This document shows, piece after piece, positions 26,771-36,898 of a stretch of DNA of 57,961 bases (position 1 is its first letter; each line of letters begins with the position of its first letter). Source of the DNA: Candidatus Firestoneibacteriota bacterium (lineage in GTDB: Bacteria > Oederibacteriota > D2-FULL-39-29 > JBBTED01); contig JBBTED010000136.1 of assembly GCA_038042445.1 (NCBI GenBank), positions 1-57,961 on the forward strand. The letters run 5' to 3'. The notes below the pieces were generated by a model, which had not been told where the DNA came from, ran no database searches, and saw only the letters and a list, made by a program, of their open reading frames with translations. The position numbers and the translations under genes are program-made.

Positions 26771-26983
26771 GTTAGCTCTGCTAAATATATAATCATAACA
26801 CTATAGCAAAGTTTCGCTTTGCAGTTGCAGTTGCATAAATTTTGTTTGTTAGTCAAAAACATTTTATGCTATACTATAAGTATATAACTAAAAATCATAT
26901 TTTGTCAATTATGCGTTTTAAAACGTCGTCTTGATAAATTCTGAATCCAGTGTTATAATATGTGAATAAAAGTGGGAGGGAAT

Positions 26984-27562
26984 ATGGGAAAAGCACTTAA
27001 GGGAACGAAAACAGAAAAAAATTTACTTGCTGCTTTTGCAGGTGAATCACAGGCGAGAAATAGATATACTTATTTTTCGAGTGTTGCAAAAAAAGAAGGA
27101 TTTGAGCAAATAGCAGGTATTTTAATTGAAACTGCTGAAAATGAAAAAGAACATGCTAAAATCTTTTTTAGCTATCTTGAGGGTGGAGATGTTGAGATAA
27201 CAGCAAGTTATCCTGCTGGTAGGATAAGCAATACAAAAACCAATTTAGAAGCATCAGCTGCTGGTGAGAATATGGAGTGGACGACCATATATGCAGATTT
27301 TTCTAAAACTGCAAAGAACGAAGGTTTTGGAGAAATTGCAAATTCTTTTGAACAAATCGCAAAAGTTGAGAAATTTCATGAATTAAGATATAGAAAACTA
27401 ATAGATAATTTAGCAAATAAAGAGGTTTTTAAGAAAAAATCTTCAGTTAAATGGCATTGTAGAAATTGTGGATATATATTTGATGGGGCAGAAGCTCCAA
27501 AAAAATGTCCAGCGTGTAAACATCCTCAGGCATACTATGAGGTTCTCGCAGAAAATTTTTAA
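26984..27562 (+). CDS. rbr: rubrerythrin
   Basis: [34 protein letters not shown]. Confidence 0.96.
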   Translation: MGKALKGTKTEKNLLAAFAGESQARNRYTYFSSVAKKEGFEQIAGILIETAENEKEHAKIFFSYLEGGDVEITASYPAGRISNTKTNLEASAAGENMEWTTIYADFSKTAKNEGFGEIANSFEQIAKVEKFHELRYRKLIDNLANKEVFKKKSSVKWHCRNCGYIFDGAEAPKKCPACKHPQAYYEVLAENF

Positions 27563-27595
27563 ATTTTAGGATCCTCAAAGAAGATAACAGGTTTT

Positions 27596-27628
27596 CCCCC
27601 TTTGAAAAAGGGGGATTAAGGGGGATTT
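27596..27628 (+). repeat. CCCCCTT/AAGGGGG palindromic repeat
   Basis: CCCCCTTTGAAAAAGGGGGATTAAGGGGGATTT; related copies at 45361 and 53759. Confidence 0.75.
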
Positions 27629-27632
27629 TCAG

Positions 27633-28706
27633 ATGAAAGACATTTCCGCAGTAATACTTGTTGGTGGTGAGGGGACACGGCTTAGGCCTTTAACTCTTCA
27701 TACACCTAAAGCATTAGTTCCAGTTGTAAATAAGCCACTTCTTAGTTATATAATTGAATGGTTTAAATATCAACACATTTACAATTTAATCTTTAGTGTT
27801 TGTTATCAGCCAGATAAGCTCAAATCGGTTTTTGGCTCAGGTTCTAAATATGGAGTCCATATTAATTATATTGTGGAAAAAGAGCCACTTGGAACAGGTG
27901 GTGCAATAAAAAAAGCTGAGAGATTTTTTAAAAACACTACAATAGTAATAAATGGAGATGTATTGTTTGATTTGGATTTAGCTTCAATGTTGAATTATCA
28001 TAGAAGTAAAAAATCTAAAATAACTATTGCATTAACTCCTGTTGAAGATCCTACGGCTTATGGTTTAGTAAAAATTGATAAATCAGGCAGAATTATAGGA
28101 TTTTTAGAAAAGCCAACGTGGGATGAAGTTGGTAGACAGAGAAATATTAATGCTGGAGTTTATATAATTGAGCCATCAATTTTAAAATATATCAAACCAA
28201 ATAAAATTTGTTCGTTAGAACGAAACATATTTCCTGAACTTTTATTAAAGAAAGAATCTTTTTATGGTTTTGTAGCAAAATCTATGTATTGGATTGATTT
28301 AGGCACACATGAGAAATATAGGCAAGCTCATCAGGATATATTGGAGGGAAAGCTTACCAATACAAAATATTTCAAAAAGTTTTATGTCAATAATGTTGCA
28401 ATAGGAGTAGGGACTAAATTATCTAAGAAAACTGAGTTGTATGGACCAGTTGTAATTGGTGAAAATTGTAAAATTGAAAATAAGGTTACTTTAAATGAAT
28501 TTACTGTTATAGGAAATAGGTGTCATATTGCTGAAAATGTATATTTGGAGCGATGTATAATCTGGGATGATGTTATAATAGAAAGTGGTGCCAGACTTAC
28601 TGGGTGTATTATTGGTAAAAATTCACATATTGGTTCTCATAGTTCAATTTCTGATGGAGTAGTTTTGGGTGATAACAATAGAATACAGCCATATAGTTAT
28701 TTGTGA
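27633..28706 (+). CDS. NDP-sugar synthase (mannose-1-phosphate guanylyltransferase-like)
   Basis: GGEGTRLRPLT..PK, EPLGTGG, NGD, FLEKP, C-terminal hexapeptide repeats. Confidence 0.9.
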   Translation: MKDISAVILVGGEGTRLRPLTLHTPKALVPVVNKPLLSYIIEWFKYQHIYNLIFSVCYQPDKLKSVFGSGSKYGVHINYIVEKEPLGTGGAIKKAERFFKNTTIVINGDVLFDLDLASMLNYHRSKKSKITIALTPVEDPTAYGLVKIDKSGRIIGFLEKPTWDEVGRQRNINAGVYIIEPSILKYIKPNKICSLERNIFPELLLKKESFYGFVAKSMYWIDLGTHEKYRQAHQDILEGKLTNTKYFKKFYVNNVAIGVGTKLSKKTELYGPVVIGENCKIENKVTLNEFTVIGNRCHIAENVYLERCIIWDDVIIESGARLTGCIIGKNSHIGSHSSISDGVVLGDNNRIQPYSYL

Positions 28707-30151
28707 TGCTTAAATATATCATATATATCCTTGTTTTTATAACTCCTTTAATACCTTTGCCTTGGGGTGCATATCGTTTAAAACAAGCTTCTTTAATTGA
28801 TTTTATCCTGATAATTCTATTAGTTATATGGAGTTTTAAATTATCTTTTGAAAAGATGAAAAAAACTTCACTTGATGCTTTGGATTTTGTGTATATAATT
28901 TCTCAAGCTTTAATTTTAATGATTATATGTGTTCTTACACCTTATGTTTTATTTTGGATGCCTATTTATGAACACTGTGGTTTTGGTGATCGTTTAGTTA
29001 TTGCTTTGAATAGAGATAGTATTTTAATCTTTATTTTTTATATTCTATTTTCTGTTTGGTGGATAATAGGTATGATTAGAAAATATTGGCAATTTCCTAA
29101 AACTAAATTGAATTTGCCGATAATTATATTTTTATTGTCTGTTTGTCTTTCACTTATCAATAGCCATAATCCACTTCTATCAATTTATTTGTTTAGGGCA
29201 TTTCTTACTGGAATATTATTCTACTATATCTTGATTTCAAACCCATTAAACAACAAAGAAATTCATGTTTTAATCTTATGTCTGGTATCTTCTTTAAGCA
29301 TTGTTTGTATTTTTGGATTCTTGCAACGATTCATCGGTTTTGGATTACTTAATCATTTTCCCGGTATGCAGGAATTTCATAAAATTAGTGAATTAACTGC
29401 TATTAAGGTACAGGAAATACCACGTATTGCATCTACAATGCAAAATCCAAATTTATTAGCACAGATTTTAATAGGTGGAATATTTCTTTTGCTTGGGTTA
29501 TCTGGCAGTATTGGATTTGTGAGTCAAAGTTTTTTTATGATAGTAATGTTAGCTGGTTTAATTTTAACATATTCAAGGAGTGTATGGCTTGCAACATTAA
29601 TTGGAATTACAATATTTTTTAGTATTAAATTGAATAAAAAATATAGAGCAATAATATACATAGTTCTATTATTATTTTTATTATTTGCAATATTCTTCCA
29701 GTTTTCTGCGACAGAAAGGATGAGGTCATCTATAAATATATTTACTGATGAAAGTATAATTTCCAGATTTGAAGCATGGAAATGTTCGTGGAAAATTTTT
29801 AAAGACAATATATTTTTTGGAACAGGGCTTAATACGTATGCGATAGTATATCCAAAATATAAGGGAAGTAATGCAATTCCAATGCTTGATGCTCATAATA
29901 CTTTTATTAATACAGCAGTTGAGATGGGAATTATAGGATGTATATCTTTAATTTGGATTTTTATAGGATTTTTGCGAAATATGTATGAGAAATCCAAAAC
30001 AACAGAAAATACTATTCACAAAAATATGTCCATTGCTTTATTTTCCTGTTTAATTGCATTGGCAATAGCAGGTTTGTTTGAGAACTTATGGTATGATCCA
30101 CGTATAATTCTGATTTTCTGGACACTATTTTCTATAGGTGTAGTGTTATGA
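28703..30151 (+). CDS. O-antigen ligase / Wzy_C family membrane protein
   Basis: Many TM segments, RIASTMQNPN, TYSRS, FGTG, AHN. Confidence 0.85.
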   Translation: MMLKYIIYILVFITPLIPLPWGAYRLKQASLIDFILIILLVIWSFKLSFEKMKKTSLDALDFVYIISQALILMIICVLTPYVLFWMPIYEHCGFGDRLVIALNRDSILIFIFYILFSVWWIIGMIRKYWQFPKTKLNLPIIIFLLSVCLSLINSHNPLLSIYLFRAFLTGILFYYILISNPLNNKEIHVLILCLVSSLSIVCIFGFLQRFIGFGLLNHFPGMQEFHKISELTAIKVQEIPRIASTMQNPNLLAQILIGGIFLLLGLSGSIGFVSQSFFMIVMLAGLILTYSRSVWLATLIGITIFFSIKLNKKYRAIIYIVLLLFLLFAIFFQFSATERMRSSINIFTDESIISRFEAWKCSWKIFKDNIFFGTGLNTYAIVYPKYKGSNAIPMLDAHNTFINTAVEMGIIGCISLIWIFIGFLRNMYEKSKTTENTIHKNMSIALFSCLIALAIAGLFENLWYDPRIILIFWTLFSIGVVL

Positions 30152-30208
30152 AACAATCATGTGGGTTAAAGTCTACACCAAACGAAATAAAAATTAAGAT
30201 TTGTTCGC

Positions 30209-30259
30209 GTAGGGGCGGGTTTACCCGCCCAAAAATAGGGCAGGCAAGCCTGCCCCTAC
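30209..30259. repeat. GTAG-type REP doublet
   Basis: GTAGGGGCGGG..CCCGCCC....GGGCAGGC..GCCTGCCCCTAC, two inverted hairpins. Confidence 0.75.
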
Positions 30260-30286
30260 AGAAACAATAAAAAGGGAGATTTTCAG

Positions 30287-31534
30287 GTGAAATTTACCGA
30301 AAAAAGTCTTGTAACACTTATTTCAAGAGTATTTGCTGCGATTATAAATTTGATTGCCGGAGTTTTGCTTGCAAGAGCTCTTGGGCCTTCAGGACGCGGT
30401 GAATATGCTCTTTTACTGTTAGCGCCATCTATACTGTCAAGTATTGCTAATTTTGGAATAAATACAGCAAATGTATATTTTATAGCTAAGAAAAAGCATA
30501 ATTTACGTGATACGGTTATAAATTCAATAGCATTTTCAGTAATATTTGGATTAATTTTTACTATAATTTTCTTATTATTTTTTGATTCATTTTATATTTT
30601 CTTTAAGGGAGTTACCCCGCAATATCTTATTCTTGCAGTAGTAATTCTTCCTGTTTTATTAATACATATGTATTTTAACAGTATATTAATTGGACGGCTT
30701 AATATGCTTGAATTTAATATTGTAACTGTTGTTCAACCATTTAGTTTGTTAGCTTTACTATATATTTTTATAATATTATTGCAAATGGGGGTCAAAGGTG
30801 CTTTTATAAGCTGGACTTTGTCTTATGTTGTCCCAACAGTACTTATGTCAGTATTCTTAATGTTCCAGATTAAGTCTAATAAGGATGTAGAAGTATTTGT
30901 TCCATATAGCTTTTCAAAGCAAATAGGATTAATGAAAGAATTATTGCAATTTGGAGTTAAAAGTTATATTGCTAATCTTGCAAGTTTTTTATCATATCGC
31001 ATAGATATGTTATTTGTAAATCTGTTTTTAGATGTTGCCACAGTTGGTTATTATTCAATTTCTGTTATGTTGGCAGAGATGATATGGTATATTCCAAATT
31101 CTTTTGCACTTATTTTATATCCTGTTGTTTCTTCATCTGATTCAGATACTGCTAATAAATTAACTGTCCAAGCTTGTAAACAAGTACTGTTATTTGTGAG
31201 TCTTGCAGCAATATTGCTGTTTTTATTTGGCAAACAAATAATTCTTTTGTTATTCGGGAAAAATTTTACACCTTCTATACAGCCATTATTATTTTTATTG
31301 CCGGGTATTATTGCACTAAGTGTTGACAAAGTTTTAAGTAGTTTTATAACAGGCAAGGGAAGACCTGAAATATCCGGATATATCGCTGGTACAAATTTAG
31401 TCGTAAATATTGGACTGAATATTTTTTTAATACCAAAATTTGGTATAATAGGTGCTTCTATATCATCGAGTATATCTTATTCAATAGCAGGAGTTATGTC
31501 TTTAATAGCTTTTTTAAGAATTTCAAAAAAATGA
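30287..31534 (+). CDS. Wzx-like oligosaccharide flippase (MOP family)
   Basis: ARALGPSGRG.Y, RIDMLFV, VGYYS, LIPKFGIIGA; about 12 TM segments. Confidence 0.88.
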   Translation: MKFTEKSLVTLISRVFAAIINLIAGVLLARALGPSGRGEYALLLLAPSILSSIANFGINTANVYFIAKKKHNLRDTVINSIAFSVIFGLIFTIIFLLFFDSFYIFFKGVTPQYLILAVVILPVLLIHMYFNSILIGRLNMLEFNIVTVVQPFSLLALLYIFIILLQMGVKGAFISWTLSYVVPTVLMSVFLMFQIKSNKDVEVFVPYSFSKQIGLMKELLQFGVKSYIANLASFLSYRIDMLFVNLFLDVATVGYYSISVMLAEMIWYIPNSFALILYPVVSSSDSDTANKLTVQACKQVLLFVSLAAILLFLFGKQIILLLFGKNFTPSIQPLLFLLPGIIALSVDKVLSSFITGKGRPEISGYIAGTNLVVNIGLNIFLIPKFGIIGASISSSISYSIAGVMSLIAFLRISKK

Positions 31535-31560
31535 GACTGAAAGGAATAGTGTAACCATAA

Positions 31561-32673
31561 ATGAAAATTTGTTATTTGGGTGCAGGAAATAGTGTCCATA
31601 TTAAACGGTGGTGTGAGTATTTTAGCAGCAGAGGATATGAAGTTTCTCTTATAACTTTGCATCCAGTTACTGAATTGAAAAATGTAAAAATATATCAAAT
31701 AAAATCCCGTTTAAACAGGTATATGGATATCGCATTTTTTTTGAATAGAAGAAAAATCCTTTCTATATTGAATGAAATAAAACCAGATATTTTGCATGGT
31801 CACTATTTGATAAATTATGGTTTTTATTCTGCGGCTTTGAAATATAGGCCATTGGTATTATCTACATGGGGTTCAGATGTTTTGGTAGCTCCTGTTGAAT
31901 CAATTCGGCATAGATTAATGCTAAAATATGCAGTTTCTAATGCAGATGTAATTACTGTTGAATCACAATATATAAAAAATATTTTAAAAGATAAATATAA
32001 AGTTTCAGAAAATAAATTAGCTATTTTTTCATGGGGTACTGATTGTAATGTTTTCTCTATAAGATATACAGAAGAAGTTGAAAAGTTAAGGAATAAGCTC
32101 GGTATACAAAATGGGCAAACTGTTATTTTAAGTCCGAGATCACTTTTTCCGATATACAATATTTATACTATAGTCCAATCTATTTCTGATGTTTTACAAC
32201 AAAACCCAGATACTGTTTTTGTTTTTTTAAGAGGTTCTTGCAATTTGGATTATGAAAAGAAAATCCAAAATTTGGTTGCCAAGTTAAATATAGAAAGAAA
32301 CTGCAAATTTATAGAAGATTTTTTATCTCCTTGTGAAATGGCAGTTTTATATAATTTATCCGATATATTTATTTCAATACCTTTTTCAGATTCTGTTTCT
32401 ATATCTTTGCTTGAAGGAATGGCGTGTGGTACTATTCCTTTAGTTAATTCACTGCCTGTGAATTGTGAATTAATTAAAGATGAAATAAATGGTTTGATTA
32501 TTCCAAATACTGCTAAAGATGAACTTGCAAAAAAAATAAATTATGCAATAAAAAATAAAAATACATTTAAAACAAGATTTGCAGATTATAACCAAAAATA
32601 TATTTTAGAAGAGCATAATTGGCACAAGAATGCAGTAAAAATGGAGGAGATTTACAAAAAACTTGTAATATGA
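31561..32673 (+). CDS. glycosyltransferase family 4
   Basis: KPDILHGH, WGSD, SLLEGMACG. Confidence 0.9.
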   Translation: MKICYLGAGNSVHIKRWCEYFSSRGYEVSLITLHPVTELKNVKIYQIKSRLNRYMDIAFFLNRRKILSILNEIKPDILHGHYLINYGFYSAALKYRPLVLSTWGSDVLVAPVESIRHRLMLKYAVSNADVITVESQYIKNILKDKYKVSENKLAIFSWGTDCNVFSIRYTEEVEKLRNKLGIQNGQTVILSPRSLFPIYNIYTIVQSISDVLQQNPDTVFVFLRGSCNLDYEKKIQNLVAKLNIERNCKFIEDFLSPCEMAVLYNLSDIFISIPFSDSVSISLLEGMACGTIPLVNSLPVNCELIKDEINGLIIPNTAKDELAKKINYAIKNKNTFKTRFADYNQKYILEEHNWHKNAVKMEEIYKKLVI

Positions 32674-33965
32674 AAAAAGCGCTTTTTATTGCATATTATT
32701 TTCCACCTTGTGGAGGTGGTGGAGTCCAGCGGACACTTAAATTTGTAAAATACATTTCAAGTTTTGGATGGACACCTGTAGTAATTACAGTTAAAGAAAA
32801 TGTTCATATACTTGAAGATGAATCACATTCTAAAGATGTGCCTTCACAAGTTAAAGTGTATAGAACGTGGACATTTGAACCCGGTTCTAAGGCAAAACGT
32901 TTTAGAGTTAAATTCAGGAATGCGACAGCAATAAATCCAATTACTATAATCAAATCATTAATTGCAAAAACCTTGAATTTATTAAGCGCAATTTTCCTTG
33001 TTCCTGATGCTCAAATTTTATGGGCGCCATTTGCGATACTTAAAGGCATTTCAGTTATAAAAAATGAAAAAATTGATATCCTTTATACAACAGGTAATCC
33101 TTTTTCTACGTATCTTACAGGTGTATTTTTAAAATTGATATTGTCTAAACCACTAATAGTTGATTTTCGTGACCCTTGGGTTACTGGTGAATATAGAGTA
33201 TGGGAAAGTAAATTTAGAAAAAAAATAGAGGGGATTTTAGAAAAGTTTGTTATAAAATATGCAGATAAAGTTATTTCAACAACAGAATTAATGACGATGG
33301 ATTTTACAAATACTTATCCAAATGAACCAGCAGATAAATTTATAACAATAACAAATGGATTTGACTCAGATGATTTTAAGGGAATATCTACGAGAAGAAT
33401 TGACAAGAAATTTACAATTACTTATGCAGGAATAATTTATGAATATTTACCTATGGAAAATTTTTTGAGAGCTCTTAAGGAACTTGTTGTGGAAAATACT
33501 GAGATGGCAGGAAATACAAGAGTTATATTTGTAGGAGAAACTAAGGAATTGAGAGAATATCCAATAGAGCAATTTGGATTAGCTTCTATAATAGAGTTTA
33601 CTGGTTATCAGCCTCATACAAAAAGTGTGGAATATTTGTTAAATTCCGATGTTTTACTTCTATTTAGAGATGCTCGCACAAAAAATCTTTATCCGGGAAA
33701 AATGTTCGAATATTTTTTTGCTAAAAAGCCAATTCTTGGTCTAATGGAAAAAGGCTTGGCTTCTGATTTAATAAATAAATTAAATGCTGGAATAATTATT
33801 TCGCCTAAAGATATACTCGCTATTAAAAGTGGAGTTTATAATTTGTACCAACAATATAAAGAAGGTAAACTTTCTGATATTAATAATCCTACAACACAGA
33901 ATTTTAACAGAAAAAATCTAACAGAAAAGTTAGCCGGACTTTTTGATAAAGTTTCTGCAAGCTGA
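32670..33965 (+). CDS. glycosyltransferase family 4
   Basis: YYFPP.GGGGVQR, DFRDPW, ITNGFD, PGKMFEY; ATG at 32670 overlaps the upstream stop. Confidence 0.88.
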   Translation: MKKALFIAYYFPPCGGGGVQRTLKFVKYISSFGWTPVVITVKENVHILEDESHSKDVPSQVKVYRTWTFEPGSKAKRFRVKFRNATAINPITIIKSLIAKTLNLLSAIFLVPDAQILWAPFAILKGISVIKNEKIDILYTTGNPFSTYLTGVFLKLILSKPLIVDFRDPWVTGEYRVWESKFRKKIEGILEKFVIKYADKVISTTELMTMDFTNTYPNEPADKFITITNGFDSDDFKGISTRRIDKKFTITYAGIIYEYLPMENFLRALKELVVENTEMAGNTRVIFVGETKELREYPIEQFGLASIIEFTGYQPHTKSVEYLLNSDVLLLFRDARTKNLYPGKMFEYFFAKKPILGLMEKGLASDLINKLNAGIIISPKDILAIKSGVYNLYQQYKEGKLSDINNPTTQNFNRKNLTEKLAGLFDKVSAS

Positions 33966-34991
33966 TATTACTTCTTCAACAGAAATATTATTTAAACATT
34001 TTACACTATTGAATTTGCATTTAAATTTTCGTATATGGAATTTATAACAAGGCGAACATTCAAGGTTCTTTCTTATAACTAAATTCCCTTTTCCATACGG
34101 AGCAGTACGTTTTTGGTCAGTTGGTCCAAATATAGCGATAACAGGTGTTTCAACTGTAGTTGCAATGTGCATAAGTCCTGTATCATTACTTATAAATAGC
34201 TTACACCTTTTAATTAAGGAAGCAGTTTCATCTAAAGATAATTGTCCTATTACAGAAATGAATTTTTTGGTGCATAAATTTTCTATATCCTTTGAAAGTT
34301 CAATTTCATTTGTACCACCAAAAAGAATTGCTTTTGCATTCATTTCAAGTATAAGCATATCAATTAACTTGGCAAATTTTTCTTTTTGCCATCTTTTTTC
34401 TTTAAATCCATCAGATGACCCAGGATGAATACCTATAATTATATCAGAGGGGGTGATATTGTTTTTCTTAAGCAGTATATCTACATTTTCTTCTGCATTT
34501 TTACTTAAAGGTATTTTTATAGAAGTATCAAATTTAGGGGGCTGTATACCTAATGGTTTCAGTAGGTTAAAGTTTTGTTCTAAATCATGCAAATTTTCAT
34601 TCACTGGAATTTTATTTGTGCAATTGCATTTTGATCTATAGCAATTCTTGCCACTATCGTTGGTATGCCCGATTATTTTATTAGCTCCAATAAGTTTTGC
34701 CAATAACACATTTTTTCTGCTACTTGGATATGTTAGTAATATTGACCCGAATTTTTTATTCCTAAGTGTTAAAATCAAATGTATTTTTTCATAAACAGAA
34801 TCAGCTTTATTATAAATTATAATTTCATCAATAAAATCAAGGTTTTTTAAAAGTTCTTCTGACCCATTTTTTTGCACCAAAACTGTGATATGAACATTTT
34901 TAAAACATTCTTTTAGTGCCTTAATCATAGGAACAGCCAATAAGCTATTTCCAATACCCTGCATACTTATTACAAGAACATCCATTTCCAT
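33930..34991 (-). CDS. glycosyltransferase family 9 (heptosyltransferase-like)
   Basis: GIGN, IHPG, KRW, ISNDTGLMHIA, IFGPT. Confidence 0.92.
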   Translation of the reverse strand: MEMDVLVISMQGIGNSLLAVPMIKALKECFKNVHITVLVQKNGSEELLKNLDFIDEIIIYNKADSVYEKIHLILTLRNKKFGSILLTYPSSRKNVLLAKLIGANKIIGHTNDSGKNCYRSKCNCTNKIPVNENLHDLEQNFNLLKPLGIQPPKFDTSIKIPLSKNAEENVDILLKKNNITPSDIIIGIHPGSSDGFKEKRWQKEKFAKLIDMLILEMNAKAILFGGTNEIELSKDIENLCTKKFISVIGQLSLDETASLIKRCKLFISNDTGLMHIATTVETPVIAIFGPTDQKRTAPYGKGNLVIRKNLECSPCYKFHIRKFKCKFNSVKCLNNISVEEVISACRNFIKKSG

Positions 34992-35063
34992 AAGAGCAGT
35001 ATACTGAACACATATTCAAAAATCAATCTAAAACATAGCAGTGCATCTGCACATTTTAAAATG

Positions 35064-35093
35064 TTGACACTGTTTTGAAAATAATGATATAAT
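35064..35093 (+). promoter_or_regulatory. sigma70 promoter, probably leaderless
   Basis: TTGACA-18 nt-(TG)TATAAT, ATG 7 nt downstream, no SD. Confidence 0.6.
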
Positions 35094-35100
35094 TTCTTAT

Positions 35101-36099
35101 ATGAGAAAGAAACCGATAATTTTAATAACTCTTTCTTGCCTTTTAATTAATATATTAAACATACCTATTTTATTTGCTGATGAAAAATCCAAATCAGGAA
35201 AAACAACAGTAGCTGTTATGAATTTGGAAGCAAAAGATGTATCACAAAGTGAAGCTGATACTGTATCTGATTTTTTACGATATGATTTATTAAATACAGG
35301 AAAATTTGATGTTATAGAAAGAACCAGTATGGAAAAAATATTGGCAGAACAAAAATTGCAGCTTACAGGGTGTACATCTACTGAGTGCGCAATTGAAATA
35401 GGTAAATTGTTAAATGCAAGAAAGATAATTATTGGAACTGTTAGTAAGCTTGGAACTAATTATTTTATTACTGGTAGAATAGTGGATATTGAAACAGGGA
35501 AAGTAGAGGTATCAGAGAGAGCTAAATGCGCAGGTTTGGAAGAATTAGAGATTGGTAGTAAATTAATTGCATATAAATTTGCAGGGATTCAACCTGATGA
35601 AAAAGTGTTAAAAGGAGATGCAAAATTAGTTATGCAACAAGAAGAGCAGCCTAAAGTTGCTCCTGTTACTCCTACTTATCAGCCTTATGTGGAATCTCCA
35701 TCCACTCCTCAGCCTTATATGGAATCTTCATCAGGCAGTATGAGTTGGCTTAATTGGACAGGTATTATAGCTGGTTCAACACTTGGTATTCTTGGTTTAG
35801 TGACTGCTTCAACTGCAGATGAAAAAGCATCGGGGTATTACACTGACTATTTAGCGGCTACTTCAGTAAGCGATGCAGAATATTATCATGGACGGGTGGA
35901 ATATTATGATAAACAGGTTGCTACTGATAAAACTATAGCTGCAGTGGGTTTTGCTACTGCAGGTCTTTTCATCATAATAGAAATATTGTCATCTGGTGAC
36001 TCAACAACTAACAGAGCTAGTAATGTTTCAGAAAATTTCAGGGTTAGTATAGCACCTGAAAAATCTGGTTTGAGGATTACAAATGAATGGACATTTTAG
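35101..36099 (+). CDS. exported CsgG/HfaB-like domain protein
   Basis: Signal peptide; VAVMNL, FDVIER, EQKLQLTGCTSTECAIEIGKLL, RIVDIETG; Pro-rich linker; aromatic C-terminal residue. Confidence 0.7.
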   Translation: MRKKPIILITLSCLLINILNIPILFADEKSKSGKTTVAVMNLEAKDVSQSEADTVSDFLRYDLLNTGKFDVIERTSMEKILAEQKLQLTGCTSTECAIEIGKLLNARKIIIGTVSKLGTNYFITGRIVDIETGKVEVSERAKCAGLEELEIGSKLIAYKFAGIQPDEKVLKGDAKLVMQQEEQPKVAPVTPTYQPYVESPSTPQPYMESSSGSMSWLNWTGIIAGSTLGILGLVTASTADEKASGYYTDYLAATSVSDAEYYHGRVEYYDKQVATDKTIAAVGFATAGLFIIIEILSSGDSTTNRASNVSENFRVSIAPEKSGLRITNEWTF

Positions 36100-36787
36100 C
36101 AAAAAAAAATATATTTTCTTAATATTAATATCTATAATAGCTATAGGTTGTTCTTCTAAATCTAGAACATGGACAAATCCTTATGACCCTGATAATCCAG
36201 ATTTTAACGCTTCTATATCAGGTACTGTAAAAAATATAGCGGGTGAGGCTATAAATGGAGTAACTGTTAGTACTACTGGGAAAACTGCTACTACAAATAG
36301 TAGTGGAGTATATACACTTAATAATCTTAGTAGTCCTACAGCTTTATATACGTTGACTGTTAGTAAAACCGGTTATACCTCTGGTTCTGGCAGTGCATAT
36401 CCTGGTGACACTAAAAATTTCACATTAAAAATATCAGGATGGACAGGCACCTGGTTTTCTGGAACTTTTGCGTGTAATTTTACATCCAGTGGTCCATCTG
36501 TAGGAACTGCAGATAGCAATACGGATCTTGACTATGATGGAGTAAATCTAACTAGTCCTATTCTGGGAGGTATACTATCATTAGGAACTATAAGTAGTTT
36601 GGATTCCATTGGAACAGTTGCTACTACTGGTTATACTGCTTCTGTAAAAGCGTATGCAGGTAATTGTTATGTAGTTAAAACAATAGAAGGAAATTATGTG
36701 AAAATACGTGTTACTTCCTTAACAACTAGTAGTACAACGATATATTTAGATTCAGTATATCAATCCAACGGTACTTCCCAGTTTTAA
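36083..36787 (+). CDS. lipoprotein with carboxypeptidase-regulatory-like domain
   Basis: IAIGC lipobox, NPYDP, ISGTV..GVTV..TTNSSGVY; Ser/Thr-rich. Confidence 0.7.
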   Translation: MNGHFSKKKYIFLILISIIAIGCSSKSRTWTNPYDPDNPDFNASISGTVKNIAGEAINGVTVSTTGKTATTNSSGVYTLNNLSSPTALYTLTVSKTGYTSGSGSAYPGDTKNFTLKISGWTGTWFSGTFACNFTSSGPSVGTADSNTDLDYDGVNLTSPILGGILSLGTISSLDSIGTVATTGYTASVKAYAGNCYVVKTIEGNYVKIRVTSLTTSSTTIYLDSVYQSNGTSQF

Positions 36788-36898
36788 ATAAGTAATAAAA
36801 TCACTAACAATATTTCTTGCAAAAATTCTTTCTGCCATATATAATAAAAACTAATTTATGGTCTGGTGGAAAAAATATCAACCATAAGGGAAAAAATT

